This document shows, piece after piece, positions 19,697 through 29,683 of a DNA stretch of 64,000 nucleotides; position 1 is the stretch's first letter; every line of letters starts with the position of its first letter. The stretch lies in the NCBI GenBank assembly GCA_016186645.1, contig JACPLF010000006.1, positions 46,312-110,311 on the forward strand, read 5' to 3'. The translations under genes were made by a program, and so were the position numbers. Under the pieces are notes generated by a model. That model saw nothing but the letters and a program-made list of their open reading frames with translations, had not been told where the DNA came from and searched no databases. Source of the DNA: Candidatus Levyibacteriota bacterium (GTDB taxonomy: Bacteria; Patescibacteriota; Microgenomatia; Levybacterales; UBA12049).

Positions 19697-20521
19697 ATGA
19701 ATAAAAATCCCTTAGTTTCCGTATTGGTTCATACGAAAAATTCCAGCCGTACAATCTTGGAACACTTAGAAAGCATAAAAAATCAGTCCTACAAAAATGT
19801 AGAGATAATAGTTGTTGATAATAATTCACAAGATCAGACTTTAAAAATAGCGAAACAATTTACAGACAATATATTTAATGCGGGTCCTGAGAGAAGTGCG
19901 CAGAGAAATTTTGGGGCAAAAAAAGCAAAGGGAGATTATTATTTGGTTCCGGATTCAGACATGATTTTAGATAAAAACGTGATTAGAGAGTGTGTATTAA
20001 AAGTGGAGGAAGATCCTGAAGTTAAGGCTGTAATAATATGTGAAAAAAGTTTTGGAAAAGGATTTTGGGCAAAATGTAAAACATTGGAGAGAGAATGTTA
20101 TGTTGGAGATAATGCAATTGAGGCTGCAAGATTTTTCGATAAAAATGTTTTTTGGGAAATGGGGGGATATGATGAAAATATGACAGGGCCTGAAGATTGG
20201 GATCTTCCTCAGAGAATAAAGAAAAAGTATCAGATCGGCCGGATAAAAAGTCAGATTATTCATGACGAGGGAAAGGTTACTCTTGCAGGTCTTATGAAAA
20301 AGAAATATTATTATGCGAAAAAAGTATCTGTATATTTAAGAAAGCATCCTTTAAGTACAACTGGAAGTCAAATCATTTATCTTTTAAGGCCCGCTTTTTA
20401 TAGAAATTGGAAAAAACTCGCTAAAAATCCATTAATAACCTGTGGTATGATAATTATGCTTGCTTTTGAGCAAACGGCGGGATTTTTTGGTTTTATTTCC
20501 GCTACTTTTAATTCAAAATGA
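19697..20521 (+). CDS. Glycosyltransferase family 2
   Basis: VSVLVHTKN...EIIVVDNNSQD...DSD motifs. Confidence 0.8.
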   Translation: MNKNPLVSVLVHTKNSSRTILEHLESIKNQSYKNVEIIVVDNNSQDQTLKIAKQFTDNIFNAGPERSAQRNFGAKKAKGDYYLVPDSDMILDKNVIRECVLKVEEDPEVKAVIICEKSFGKGFWAKCKTLERECYVGDNAIEAARFFDKNVFWEMGGYDENMTGPEDWDLPQRIKKKYQIGRIKSQIIHDEGKVTLAGLMKKKYYYAKKVSVYLRKHPLSTTGSQIIYLLRPAFYRNWKKLAKNPLITCGMIIMLAFEQTAGFFGFISATFNSK

Positions 20522-21504
20522 ATATTTTAGTAACTGGAGGAGCGGGATATCTAGGAAGCGTTCTTGTTGGAAAACTTTTGGCGGAAAACAATAAAGTAAG
20601 AGTTTTGGATGCTCTCATGTTTGGAGGAGAGGGAATCTTGCCCTTTATTTATCACAAGAACTTCGAATTTGTAAAAGGGGATACCAGAAATAAAGAAACA
20701 GTTTTAAAATCTTTGGAAGGAGTGGATTGCGTTTTTCATTTGGCAGCTCTTGTTGGTGAGCCTGCTTGCAGCGTTAATCCATCCTTGACAGAGCAAATCA
20801 ATCATGAGTCAGCAGTTCTGGTTGGTAAGTCAGCTAAAGAAAATGGCGTTGAAAGAATTATTTTTACTTCAACTTGCAGCAATTATGGAATATCCAATTT
20901 AGATGAATTGGCAACAGAAGAATCTCCTCTTAATCCCTTGTCTTTGTATGCGGAGACAAAAATAGCAACAGAAAAAGATCTCTTAGAATTATCCGATTCA
21001 AGCTTTACTGTTTGTGTCTTGAGACTAGCTACAATTTTCGGATTATCAGGAAGGATGAGATTCAATCTTTTGATAAATGAAATGGTTAGAGAAGCTTACG
21101 TAAATAAAAAGATTTTATTGTATAAAGAAGATGCTTGGAGGCCTTATGCGCATACGCAGGATGCATCAGATGCTCTGATTAGCGTTTTAAACGCAGAAAG
21201 CTCAAAGATAAATCATGAAATTTTTAATATGGGAACAGAAAACTACCAGAAAAAAGGATTAGTAGAATTGGTAAAGAAATATGTTCCAGATCTAGAAATC
21301 GATAGACAAGGAGGACTTCCTGACAACAGAGACTATAAAGTTTCTTTTGAAAAAATAAAAAGAGTTATAGGTTTTACTCCGAAAAGAAAAGTTGCAGATG
21401 GAGTCGACGAGCTTTTCTGGGCGGTTAAGAATAATGTTTTCAGCAATCTTTATGATGATAGATACGTAAGCTGGATAAATGAAAAAGTTTTGGATAAATT
21501 ATGA
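20518..21504 (+). CDS. NAD-dependent sugar epimerase/dehydratase (SDR)
   Basis: ILVTGGAGYLGS Rossmann motif and a YAETK (YxxxK) catalytic dyad. Confidence 0.8.
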   Translation: MNILVTGGAGYLGSVLVGKLLAENNKVRVLDALMFGGEGILPFIYHKNFEFVKGDTRNKETVLKSLEGVDCVFHLAALVGEPACSVNPSLTEQINHESAVLVGKSAKENGVERIIFTSTCSNYGISNLDELATEESPLNPLSLYAETKIATEKDLLELSDSSFTVCVLRLATIFGLSGRMRFNLLINEMVREAYVNKKILLYKEDAWRPYAHTQDASDALISVLNAESSKINHEIFNMGTENYQKKGLVELVKKYVPDLEIDRQGGLPDNRDYKVSFEKIKRVIGFTPKRKVADGVDELFWAVKNNVFSNLYDDRYVSWINEKVLDKL

Positions 21505-21625
21505 CCCTCCTTCGTGCCTCCTTCGCCGACCTGCGCTTCGCCGCGAAGGCTCCGGCAAGGCGAGAGTGGCTACGAAGGCCGAGTAAAACTACGAAGGGTC
21601 ATGCCGTCGAAGCTGAGTGAAAGTG
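21505..21625 (+). other. GC-rich (about 60%) palindrome-containing intergenic element, candidate structured RNA or attenuator
   Basis: Follows the stop at 21504. Contains repeated CCTTCG/CGAAGG units, a GACCCTCCTTCG...CGAAGGGTC long-range complement and a CTTCGCCGCGAAG hairpin. Confidence 0.4.
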
Positions 21626-21681
21626 TAAAAACAGTTTGATTATGTCAAAATATTATTTAAAGAAAGGATAAGCGAAGTGGT

Positions 21682-22764
21682 ATGAAATTTATTGCACAAA
21701 TGGAGCCATGGATTGGTAAAGAAGAGAAAGAAGCAGTTGATAGCGTTCTTGCATCAGGATGGATAACAGAAGCCTCTAAAACTCGTGAATTTGAAAGCCG
21801 TATCGCATCATTTGTAAAGAGCAAGTATGCAAGTGTTCTTTCCAATGGTACAGTTACTTTATTTGCCGGCTTAAAGGTTTTAGGAGTAGGACCGGGAGAC
21901 GAAGTAATTGTTCCGGATTTCACAATGGTTGCTAGTCCAAATACAGTTGTGATGGTTGGAGCAAAACCTGTATTTGTTGATATAAAAAAAGAAAATCTAT
22001 GTCTTGATCTTACAGAAGTTGAGAAGAAAATTACTAAAAAGACAAAAGCAATTATGCCGGTTGCTATCAACGGACGAGCTCCGGACATGGATAGCCTTAT
22101 GAAATTGGCTAAAAAGTATAAGCTTTTTGTTCTGGAAGATGCTGCGCAGGCTTTTGGAAGTTATTATAAAGGAAAACACTTGGGAACAATTGGAGACATA
22201 GGAAGTTTTTCTTTTAGTACTCCAAAAGTAATAACAACCGGTCAAGGTGGTGCTTTAGTTACGGACAATAAAGAATTTAGCGATAAAATTATAAGGATTA
22301 AAGATTTTGGAAGAATTGACAGGAATACCCAGAACCATGATGAGATAGGATACAACTTCAAATTTACGGACATTCAGGCGGCACTAGGTCTTGCTCAAAT
22401 GGGTAAATTAGAGTGGAGACTGAAAAGAAAAAAAGAAATGTACAAGCTTTATAAAGACTGTTTGAAGGAAGTATCTCAAGTAAAATTTATTAAAACAGAT
22501 CTAGAGCAAACTTCTCCCTGGTTTATAGATATTATGGTTGAGGATCCAATTAAACTATCTAAATATCTTAAAACTAAAAATATAGGGACAAGAGTTTTTT
22601 ATCCTGCGATTCACACTACAAAACCTTATAAGGGTGCAGAAAAATTTCCCAACTCTTTATGGGCATCAACTCATGGCCTTTGGCTTCCGTCATCAACTTT
22701 TCTTACAGAGTCTGATATAATCTTAATTTGCAGCGCCGTAAAAGAGTTTTATGAAAAAAACTGA
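21682..22764 (+). CDS. DegT/DnrJ/EryC1-family PLP-dependent sugar aminotransferase
   Basis: SFSTPKVITTGQGG with the canonical PLP lysine; 360 aa. Confidence 0.85.
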   Translation: MKFIAQMEPWIGKEEKEAVDSVLASGWITEASKTREFESRIASFVKSKYASVLSNGTVTLFAGLKVLGVGPGDEVIVPDFTMVASPNTVVMVGAKPVFVDIKKENLCLDLTEVEKKITKKTKAIMPVAINGRAPDMDSLMKLAKKYKLFVLEDAAQAFGSYYKGKHLGTIGDIGSFSFSTPKVITTGQGGALVTDNKEFSDKIIRIKDFGRIDRNTQNHDEIGYNFKFTDIQAALGLAQMGKLEWRLKRKKEMYKLYKDCLKEVSQVKFIKTDLEQTSPWFIDIMVEDPIKLSKYLKTKNIGTRVFYPAIHTTKPYKGAEKFPNSLWASTHGLWLPSSTFLTESDIILICSAVKEFYEKN

Positions 22765-23836
22765 GCAAGATATCAAGAAAATATTAAATAACAGAACGGT
22801 TTTAATAACTGGGGCAGATGGATTTGTCGCATCCCACTTAACAGAAAAATTAGTAGAGTATGGTTCAAATGTTCATATATTAATTCGTGCCACTTCTTCA
22901 GGAATGCTTCACAATATTCCTCATCTTAGGGGAAAAATGACTGTTCATTACGGAGACCTAACAGACAAGCAGGCGATAAAGGAAGTTTTGAAAATAGTAA
23001 AGAATGAGGGCGGGGAAAAGCCCATTGTTTTTCATCTTGGGGCGCAGGCGCATGTCGGAGAATCCTGGAGAAGATCATATGAAACATTTAATACAAATGC
23101 TCTGGGTACTTTAAATCTTTTGCAGACGATAGTTGATGTAGATTTAGATTTGTTTAAACTCGATACTGCAGGAACCTCAGAGGAATACGGAAATGTAAAT
23201 CCGGAAGTTAGAGATCAATATAGATTTGACAAAAACGGTGGTTTAATTTTGGATGAGAGATCACCTCTAAATCCGCAAAGTATTTATGCTACTTCAAAAG
23301 TCGCAGCTGATTTTCTAACCAGAAATTTCTATGTAGGGTATGGAGTCCCTACGGTTGTAACAAGAATGTTTAACAATTACGGCCCAAGACAAAATCCAAG
23401 ATTTATAACAGGAACAATTATTACTCAAGCTTTGGACAGGGATATCGTAGAATTAGGTTCTTTGACTCCAAAAAGAGATTTCTGCTTTGTGGAAGATGGG
23501 GCAATGGGACACATAAATGTAGCGCTTTTTGGAAATCCGGGTGAGGTATATGTTTATGGTTATGGAGAGACAATTTCAATTGGTGATTGGTACGATCTTA
23601 TTATAAAAGTTGGCCGTGAAAAGGGATACTGGAAAGATAAGAAACTCATTCATAAAGATAGCGGAAAAAGAGGAAGACTGGGAAAAAGCGAGGTTGAAGA
23701 ATTAAGAGTTGATTATACAAAACTTAATAAACTCACTGGTTGGACTCCGAAATTCTCTTGGAAAGAAGGACTTGAAAAAACCATAAAATGGTACGCTGAA
23801 AATAAAGAAAAATGGATAGGAAGGGTTGATTGGTAA
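22751..23836 (+). CDS. NDP-sugar 4,6-dehydratase, GDP-mannose 4,6-dehydratase-like
   Basis: VLITGADGFVASHL, MTVHYGDLTD (Gmd-like HYGDLTD) and YATSK. Confidence 0.7.
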   Translation: MKKTEQDIKKILNNRTVLITGADGFVASHLTEKLVEYGSNVHILIRATSSGMLHNIPHLRGKMTVHYGDLTDKQAIKEVLKIVKNEGGEKPIVFHLGAQAHVGESWRRSYETFNTNALGTLNLLQTIVDVDLDLFKLDTAGTSEEYGNVNPEVRDQYRFDKNGGLILDERSPLNPQSIYATSKVAADFLTRNFYVGYGVPTVVTRMFNNYGPRQNPRFITGTIITQALDRDIVELGSLTPKRDFCFVEDGAMGHINVALFGNPGEVYVYGYGETISIGDWYDLIIKVGREKGYWKDKKLIHKDSGKRGRLGKSEVEELRVDYTKLNKLTGWTPKFSWKEGLEKTIKWYAENKEKWIGRVDW

Positions 23837-24787
23837 ATGGATAAGGGTTTTTGGAAAGGCAAGAAAATACTCGTAACAGGAGGCCGCGGTTTCGTAGGAA
23901 GTCACGTTGTAAAAAATCTTCTTGAAAAAAGAGGCGTTCCAAAAAGCGCTATAATAACTCCTCAAAGCAAGGATTACGACCTAAAGACTTACGATGGAGC
24001 AAGAAGATCAGTCAAGGGAGTAGATGTTGTGTTGCATTTGGCTGCAGATGTAGGCGGAATTGCATACAGCAGCACTCATCCTGCAACTCAAATGAGGAAC
24101 TGTTTGCTTATTGACGCAAATACGTTTGAAGCGGCAGCAAATGAAAAAGTAGAAAAATTCGTTTGTGTATCTAGCGCAGTTGCATATCCCGTTAACGCAT
24201 CATCACCTCTTAAGGAGGAGGATTTATTTATAGGAGAACCAGCAAAAGGCGGATACGGCTATGGATTTGCCAAAAGAATGTCTGTTGTAATGGCAAGAGC
24301 TTACAAAGAGGAAAAAGGATTAGACGCTTCAGTATTACTGTCTTCCAATGCATACGGTCCGGGAGACAATTTTGATCTGTCTCATGGGCACGTGATTCCT
24401 TCTCTTATCAAGAAATGTTTGACAGAAAAGGAGCTTGTTGTCTGGGGAGATGGAAGTCAGGTGAGGGATTTTTTCTTTGTTGAAGATTTTGCAGAAGGAG
24501 TAGTTTTGGCAGCTGAAAAATTACATACCTCAGATCCAGTAAACATTGGCTCAGGGGATCCAATTGCCATTAGAGATTTAGTTAAAATAATTGTTAAATT
24601 GACCAAATTTAAAGGAAAGGTGATATTTGACTCAACAAAACCTCAGGGGCAAAAAATTAGAAACGTTAGTATAGAAAAAGCCTTAAGGTTGATGGGTTTT
24701 GCCCCGTCCTACACTCTTGAGGGAGGTATTAAAAAGACAATAGAATGGTATCTTAAGTATGGAAAAGAAGGTTCAAAAACAACTTAA
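23837..24787 (+). CDS. GDP-L-fucose synthase-like NDP-4-keto-6-deoxyhexose epimerase/reductase (SDR)
   Basis: LAADVGGI, YGYGFAKR and NAYGPGDNF...HVIPSLI blocks in the order of the fucose synthase (GMER) family. Confidence 0.7.
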   Translation: MDKGFWKGKKILVTGGRGFVGSHVVKNLLEKRGVPKSAIITPQSKDYDLKTYDGARRSVKGVDVVLHLAADVGGIAYSSTHPATQMRNCLLIDANTFEAAANEKVEKFVCVSSAVAYPVNASSPLKEEDLFIGEPAKGGYGYGFAKRMSVVMARAYKEEKGLDASVLLSSNAYGPGDNFDLSHGHVIPSLIKKCLTEKELVVWGDGSQVRDFFFVEDFAEGVVLAAEKLHTSDPVNIGSGDPIAIRDLVKIIVKLTKFKGKVIFDSTKPQGQKIRNVSIEKALRLMGFAPSYTLEGGIKKTIEWYLKYGKEGSKTT

Positions 24788-25943
24788 AGACTTAAATGTT
24801 GCAATAGTCACTCATACAAGAACAACCGGATTAAGCCAATTTTTGAAAGATTGGCTACTTAATAAAACAAAAAAACTTGTTTTTATAGGTCACCCTCTAT
24901 ACCCAAGTACTGAATCTAATTCTTTAATGGAAATTTATGAAAAAGGAGCATTAAAAAAAAATTATAATTCTCCATTCATCTTTAAGTCGGGAATTTTACT
25001 TTACATAAAAGATGCATTTCTCACATTTTATTTTTTTCTCAAAATGGGTAGCAAAATAGACATTGCTGTTGGGGTAAATAATCTTAATACGGCAGCTCTA
25101 TTACTTCTTAAGAAAATGAATTTTATAAAAAAAGTTGTATATCATACGGTTGATTATGCCCCAATTCGTTTTGAAAATAAATTACTTAATAATGTTTATC
25201 ATGCGATTGACAAATGGTGCTGTTATAACGCAGACATACTTTGGAACAGTTCCGGAAGAATGAATGAGGGAAGAATAAAAAACGGAATGGATAAGAATAA
25301 AATTGCCAAAACAATTATTACGCCGGACGGAAGCAATTTTGACCCAGAGAAAAGATTAGGCATTTCAGAAATAGATAGGAAAATGGTTGTTTTTTTGGGA
25401 CATCTTAGGGAAAGATTGGGATTAGAGCTATTGGTAGAATCTTTTAGCGATGTTGTTGCGTTTGTTAAGGATGCAAAGTTATTGATAATAGGCGATGGTC
25501 CATTATTAAACAAATTAAAAAATATGGTCAAAGAATTAAAAATTTCAAAAAATGTCGAGTTTACGGGTTTTATAGAGAGACATTCCGATGTGGATAATAA
25601 ATTAAGAAAAGCGGCAATTGGAATCGCAGTGTTTGAGCCCGATAAAAATTCGTATGAATATTACTCCGATGCAGGAAAACCAAAAGTCTATCTAGCTGCA
25701 GGTTTGCCGGTTGTAATAACTAAGGTGCCTGAAATTGCAGATGAAATAGATGCTAAAAAAGCAGGATTTGCCATCGAATACGACAAAAAAGAATTAGCAA
25801 AAGCAATCGTTACGCTTCTTAAAAATGACAAACTCTACGAAGACTACCGAAAAAATGCTATAGAACTTTCTAAGAAATATATTTGGAATAGTCTTTTCTA
25901 TGAGGCCTTTTCCCAAACTTTAAAACATTTCAAGAAGAATTAA
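24759..25943 (+). CDS. Glycosyltransferase, GT4-like; paralog of 52999..54207
   Basis: C-terminal Rossmann-like domain aligns with the 52999 protein (GLPVVITKVPEIADEI vs GLPVITTHVPPLSREI). Confidence 0.55.
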   Translation: MEKKVQKQLKDLNVAIVTHTRTTGLSQFLKDWLLNKTKKLVFIGHPLYPSTESNSLMEIYEKGALKKNYNSPFIFKSGILLYIKDAFLTFYFFLKMGSKIDIAVGVNNLNTAALLLLKKMNFIKKVVYHTVDYAPIRFENKLLNNVYHAIDKWCCYNADILWNSSGRMNEGRIKNGMDKNKIAKTIITPDGSNFDPEKRLGISEIDRKMVVFLGHLRERLGLELLVESFSDVVAFVKDAKLLIIGDGPLLNKLKNMVKELKISKNVEFTGFIERHSDVDNKLRKAAIGIAVFEPDKNSYEYYSDAGKPKVYLAAGLPVVITKVPEIADEIDAKKAGFAIEYDKKELAKAIVTLLKNDKLYEDYRKNAIELSKKYIWNSLFYEAFSQTLKHFKKN

Positions 25944-25945
25944 TT

Positions 25946-26686
25946 ATGAAAAATATTTACCAGGAAAAAACAGAAAAATTTTTTGACAAATATGTTTCAG
26001 CAAAAAAAGACTTAGATCTTCTGAAAATGTCTAGAGCAGGAAGAATAGAATTTGAAAAATTCTTTAATTTTTTAAATTTACCAAAAGGTTCGAATGTAAT
26101 CGAGTTGGGATCAGGTTACGGAAGATTTGTTCTCCAGCTTCTCAAAAGAGGATACAAGGTTACTGCTGTTGATATATCTCAAGAGTCTCTGAATGTACTC
26201 TTGGATCAGGCCAAAAAAAATAATATAGACAAGGATTTAAAATTAGTGAGGTCGGATTTTTCAAAACCGCAGTTTACAGATTCCTATGACGGGGCATATT
26301 GCATTAGTACATTTCATCTCTTGGCAGGGACAGAGGAAAAAAGAATTGAGACTTTTTCAAATTTGATAAAAAGTGTAAAAAAAGGAGGAACGGTTGTTGT
26401 GATCGAACCAAATCCTCTTAATCCTTTTTACTATCCTTTCTATTGGTTTTCAGATCAAGTTGCTTGGGAAATAGAAAAAACTTTTATGCAGAGTACGGAG
26501 TTTAATCTCAGAAATATCTTTAAAAAACTTGGTTTGGTTGATGTAGAGATTTCCTATATGGGGTTTTTGCCAAATAGATTTATAAATAGTATTGAGGCAA
26601 TTAAATATCTGAATGGCTTTATCAATTCAGTACCCTTACTAAACAAATTCTCCAGTTTTATCTACATAAAGGGGAAGAAAAAATAA
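25946..26686 (+). CDS. Class I SAM-dependent methyltransferase
   Basis: VIELGSGYGRF motif I; VKKGGTVVVIEPN. Confidence 0.75.
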   Translation: MKNIYQEKTEKFFDKYVSAKKDLDLLKMSRAGRIEFEKFFNFLNLPKGSNVIELGSGYGRFVLQLLKRGYKVTAVDISQESLNVLLDQAKKNNIDKDLKLVRSDFSKPQFTDSYDGAYCISTFHLLAGTEEKRIETFSNLIKSVKKGGTVVVIEPNPLNPFYYPFYWFSDQVAWEIEKTFMQSTEFNLRNIFKKLGLVDVEISYMGFLPNRFINSIEAIKYLNGFINSVPLLNKFSSFIYIKGKKK

Positions 26687-27319
26687 TTATTTTATATTTT
26701 TTACTGCGAAAAGATCATAGGAAAGTTCAGGAGATGAGTATAAAAAAGGCTCTGAAATAAAAGCTAGAGCTCCCCACAATATCCAAGGCTTGTATTTAAT
26801 TGTCGCATAGTCGCCCCTTAAATACTTAATTCCTCTTAGGCCATATACTTTGTAGCCAAGTCTTTGTAAGTCTTTGGAAGACCATCCGGATTTGTGAATT
26901 TGGTAAGGATTACTATCATATCCGTCCTGAGGATAGAATCCATTTGGAGTAAGAAGAATAACTTTTTTCCTAGCAATCTTTTCCATTTCTTGAATAAGTT
27001 TATATGAATCCTCTTTTGGAAAATGTTCAATCACATCAAGTGCAATTACGGCATCAAAACTTTTTATTTTGAAATTAGACCTTAATCTATTAATATTTCC
27101 AACGGTATATTGATCATGTATTTTTTTGTCTTTGCTTTTTAAAATACTTGGCTTATGGGTATCTACACCATGACTTGAAAAGAATTTTTTTATTTTGGCA
27201 AGAGGAGAATCAGATCCACATCCTACATCAAGAACAGAGGAGCAACCTCTTAAGTGGCTCTCAAGTGTTTTATAATAAAAAACATCCTTGAATTCATTTA
27301 TAATTTTAGTAATTTGCAT
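26687..27319 (-). CDS. Class I SAM-dependent methyltransferase
   Basis: VLDVGCGSDSP motif I. Confidence 0.75.
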   Translation of the reverse strand: MQITKIINEFKDVFYYKTLESHLRGCSSVLDVGCGSDSPLAKIKKFFSSHGVDTHKPSILKSKDKKIHDQYTVGNINRLRSNFKIKSFDAVIALDVIEHFPKEDSYKLIQEMEKIARKKVILLTPNGFYPQDGYDSNPYQIHKSGWSSKDLQRLGYKVYGLRGIKYLRGDYATIKYKPWILWGALAFISEPFLYSSPELSYDLFAVKNIK

Positions 27320-27323
27320 AACG

Positions 27324-28991
27324 TTATTTAAAATCTTTGCGCTCTAACTTTTTTGTCTCGGAGTTATAATATAAGTAAATAACATCGTCCTTGTCAAACA
27401 AATTTTGTCCAATCGCTTTATTTAACTCTAGCTTATCGTAATAATAGCCAAAACCTTTGCCATCTTTTTGTCTATATCCTTGTCCTAAGGTGTCGTATAG
27501 AAATCCAACATCTAATGCTTTTGCAAACGTTGCTTCTTTGAAAAAATCAGGATTTAATTCTCTTTTCGTTGTATATTTAACCATTAGAACATGTCCTAGG
27601 CCAGACTGAAAAGGAGTTTTCAGTTCCGGCAGACCATAGTATCCCTCAGAATTTCCAGTTATAAAAAATACTGTTTTTTTTGGCAATACCGGTACCAAAT
27701 TTTCAACTTGTTTCAAAAAATTTTGTCTTTCTTTGGATCTATCTGCCATAAGCTTTAAATCCGAGAAAAGCGTTGATTCATGGATAAAAACATATAGAAA
27801 TAAAACAAAAACCGCAATTATTTTAAATACCCTTTTGTTGGAGGAAAGCAAATTGAAAATTAATACGGCTAAAAAAATAGCGACTCCAATAGATCCTGCA
27901 TAGTAATATCGGGAATCCAAATATGAGAATGAGCTGTTTATTACAACATAAGGGAGGAAGCTTAAAGCAGCTAAAATAATTGATGCTTTCAAAGCTTTTA
28001 AGGAATTGGAAGAAAATTTTAATTTTCTCATAAGCCAAAATATTAAAATTGCAAAAGCAACCAGTAGAAGTAAAATTGTAATTTCCGCATTAGAATTTTG
28101 ACTTGCGATTAAAAACCCTAAAGAATCAGAAGGTAAGTTGGGATTAACTATTCTTGTTGTTATATCGGATAATTTGAATAAATAGAAATTCGGGATAATT
28201 AATTGCACTATGCCCTCAAGCGGGTATTGTATTGAATGCATAGCTATATTCGGGATTAGTGAGGAGCCGGTGTTCACATAATTCGCCCTGTCTCCAGGAA
28301 TAAACAATACGGTTTTTATAAAGAAAGAAAGCATAATTAATCCTAAAATAATAAGTGTTAAATGTTTTTTCAGCAGTATTTTTATACCCGTTCTTTTTAG
28401 AGAGTAGATTGAGAAAAGAACCGGATAAAAAACAAACGCGAATGCCCCAATTTCTTTAAAAAGAAAGGAAACCCAAAGAAGAAAAGTAGACAGTAAAACA
28501 AGCTTAACTTTTCCATTATCGATAAATTTTAGGAAAAATATTAAAGATAAAAGCAGGAAAAAAACCGAAGTCGAGGATCCTGTCATGGTTCCAAACCAGC
28601 TGTAAGCTTCATGTCCGAGCTCATTTATTAAAAAAAGAAAAGAAGCTAGGGTAGAGATTAATAGATTTTTTGTTAACTTTTTTGTCAATAAAAATATAAG
28701 AAATGCATTGGCCACATGAAAAGTGAATCCAAAAGCACCGTAAGGCAGAGTATTTAGCTCAAATAAATTGAAAAGGCCAAAAGTTATAATTCTTGCTCCA
28801 ATTCTATCGCCCAAAAGAAGTTCTACCAAAGTTTTGTCCACGGTTATATATTTGGTTCCGTAGGATAAGATAATTCCAAATCCATGCCATTCATCCTGTT
28901 GGAAATACTGGAGAAATAGAAGAAAATTAGCCAGCAGAATAATATGTATTAAAATTCCAACAGCGACTATTTTTTTAAAAACTTCACTCAT
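27324..28991 (-). CDS. Polytopic membrane protein, putative GT-C-type glycosyltransferase
   Basis: 555 aa with more than 10 hydrophobic segments; sits in a minus-strand operon with RmlD-like, GT2 and methyltransferase genes. Confidence 0.5.
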   Translation of the reverse strand: MSEVFKKIVAVGILIHIILLANFLLFLQYFQQDEWHGFGIILSYGTKYITVDKTLVELLLGDRIGARIITFGLFNLFELNTLPYGAFGFTFHVANAFLIFLLTKKLTKNLLISTLASFLFLINELGHEAYSWFGTMTGSSTSVFFLLLSLIFFLKFIDNGKVKLVLLSTFLLWVSFLFKEIGAFAFVFYPVLFSIYSLKRTGIKILLKKHLTLIILGLIMLSFFIKTVLFIPGDRANYVNTGSSLIPNIAMHSIQYPLEGIVQLIIPNFYLFKLSDITTRIVNPNLPSDSLGFLIASQNSNAEITILLLLVAFAILIFWLMRKLKFSSNSLKALKASIILAALSFLPYVVINSSFSYLDSRYYYAGSIGVAIFLAVLIFNLLSSNKRVFKIIAVFVLFLYVFIHESTLFSDLKLMADRSKERQNFLKQVENLVPVLPKKTVFFITGNSEGYYGLPELKTPFQSGLGHVLMVKYTTKRELNPDFFKEATFAKALDVGFLYDTLGQGYRQKDGKGFGYYYDKLELNKAIGQNLFDKDDVIYLYYNSETKKLERKDFK

Positions 28992-29683
28992 TTTTTGAAA
29001 TAAAATTTCATCATCTCTTCTATGGTCCTAAATATGACACTTCTGCTTCCTCCCGAAGCCTTGCCAAATTTGCGCGGAAAATGGCTAACAGGTATTTCTT
29101 TTATTTTATATCCTTTATCTCTAAGTTTAATTAAAAGCTCAGCATCTATGAATGAGCTATTGGATGTAAGTTTAATTGAATCGAGAGCTTTTCTGCTGAC
29201 AATCTTCATTGAGCAATTTATGTCTTTTATATCGGTTGAGAAAAGAAATCTGATTAACCAGTTGAAGAGAAGAGTTTGAAGCTGCCTTGAAAATGTTAAG
29301 GCTCTTTTTTTTCTAAAGCCGATAACGGCATCATAATTCTTAAGGTAGGGCAGCATTTTTTCTATTTCTGCTACGTCATATTGGATATCTCCGTCTGTGT
29401 AAAAAGTATAGTCGTATTTTTTCGCATTCCTGAACCCATCTCTTAATGTTGCACCATATCCCATATTTTTTTCGTGGTGAATAACTTTAACAAAAGGTTG
29501 ATATTTGGCGGATAATCTATCGGCTACTTCTTTTGTTTTATCCGGACTGCCATCTTCAACAATCAATATATCAAATGCCGAGGTATTTTCTTTAAGAACC
29601 TTAAAAATTTTAGGAATTAATATTGGCAGATTTTTCTCGTCAAAATATGCAGGACAAAAAAAGGAAATAGATGGCTTTTTCAT
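28988..29683 (-). CDS. Glycosyltransferase family 2 (DPM1-like)
   Basis: ILIVEDGSPD...TDGD motifs. Confidence 0.8.
   Translation of the reverse strand: MKKPSISFFCPAYFDEKNLPILIPKIFKVLKENTSAFDILIVEDGSPDKTKEVADRLSAKYQPFVKVIHHEKNMGYGATLRDGFRNAKKYDYTFYTDGDIQYDVAEIEKMLPYLKNYDAVIGFRKKRALTFSRQLQTLLFNWLIRFLFSTDIKDINCSMKIVSRKALDSIKLTSNSSFIDAELLIKLRDKGYKIKEIPVSHFPRKFGKASGGSRSVIFRTIEEMMKFYFKK

Noticed and set aside
21657-22088. 143-aa minus-strand ORF spanning the GC-rich element and the aminotransferase start
   Set aside because: It runs opposite a well-supported DegT gene and has low-complexity Thr/Ser/Phe-rich sequence. Likely spurious.
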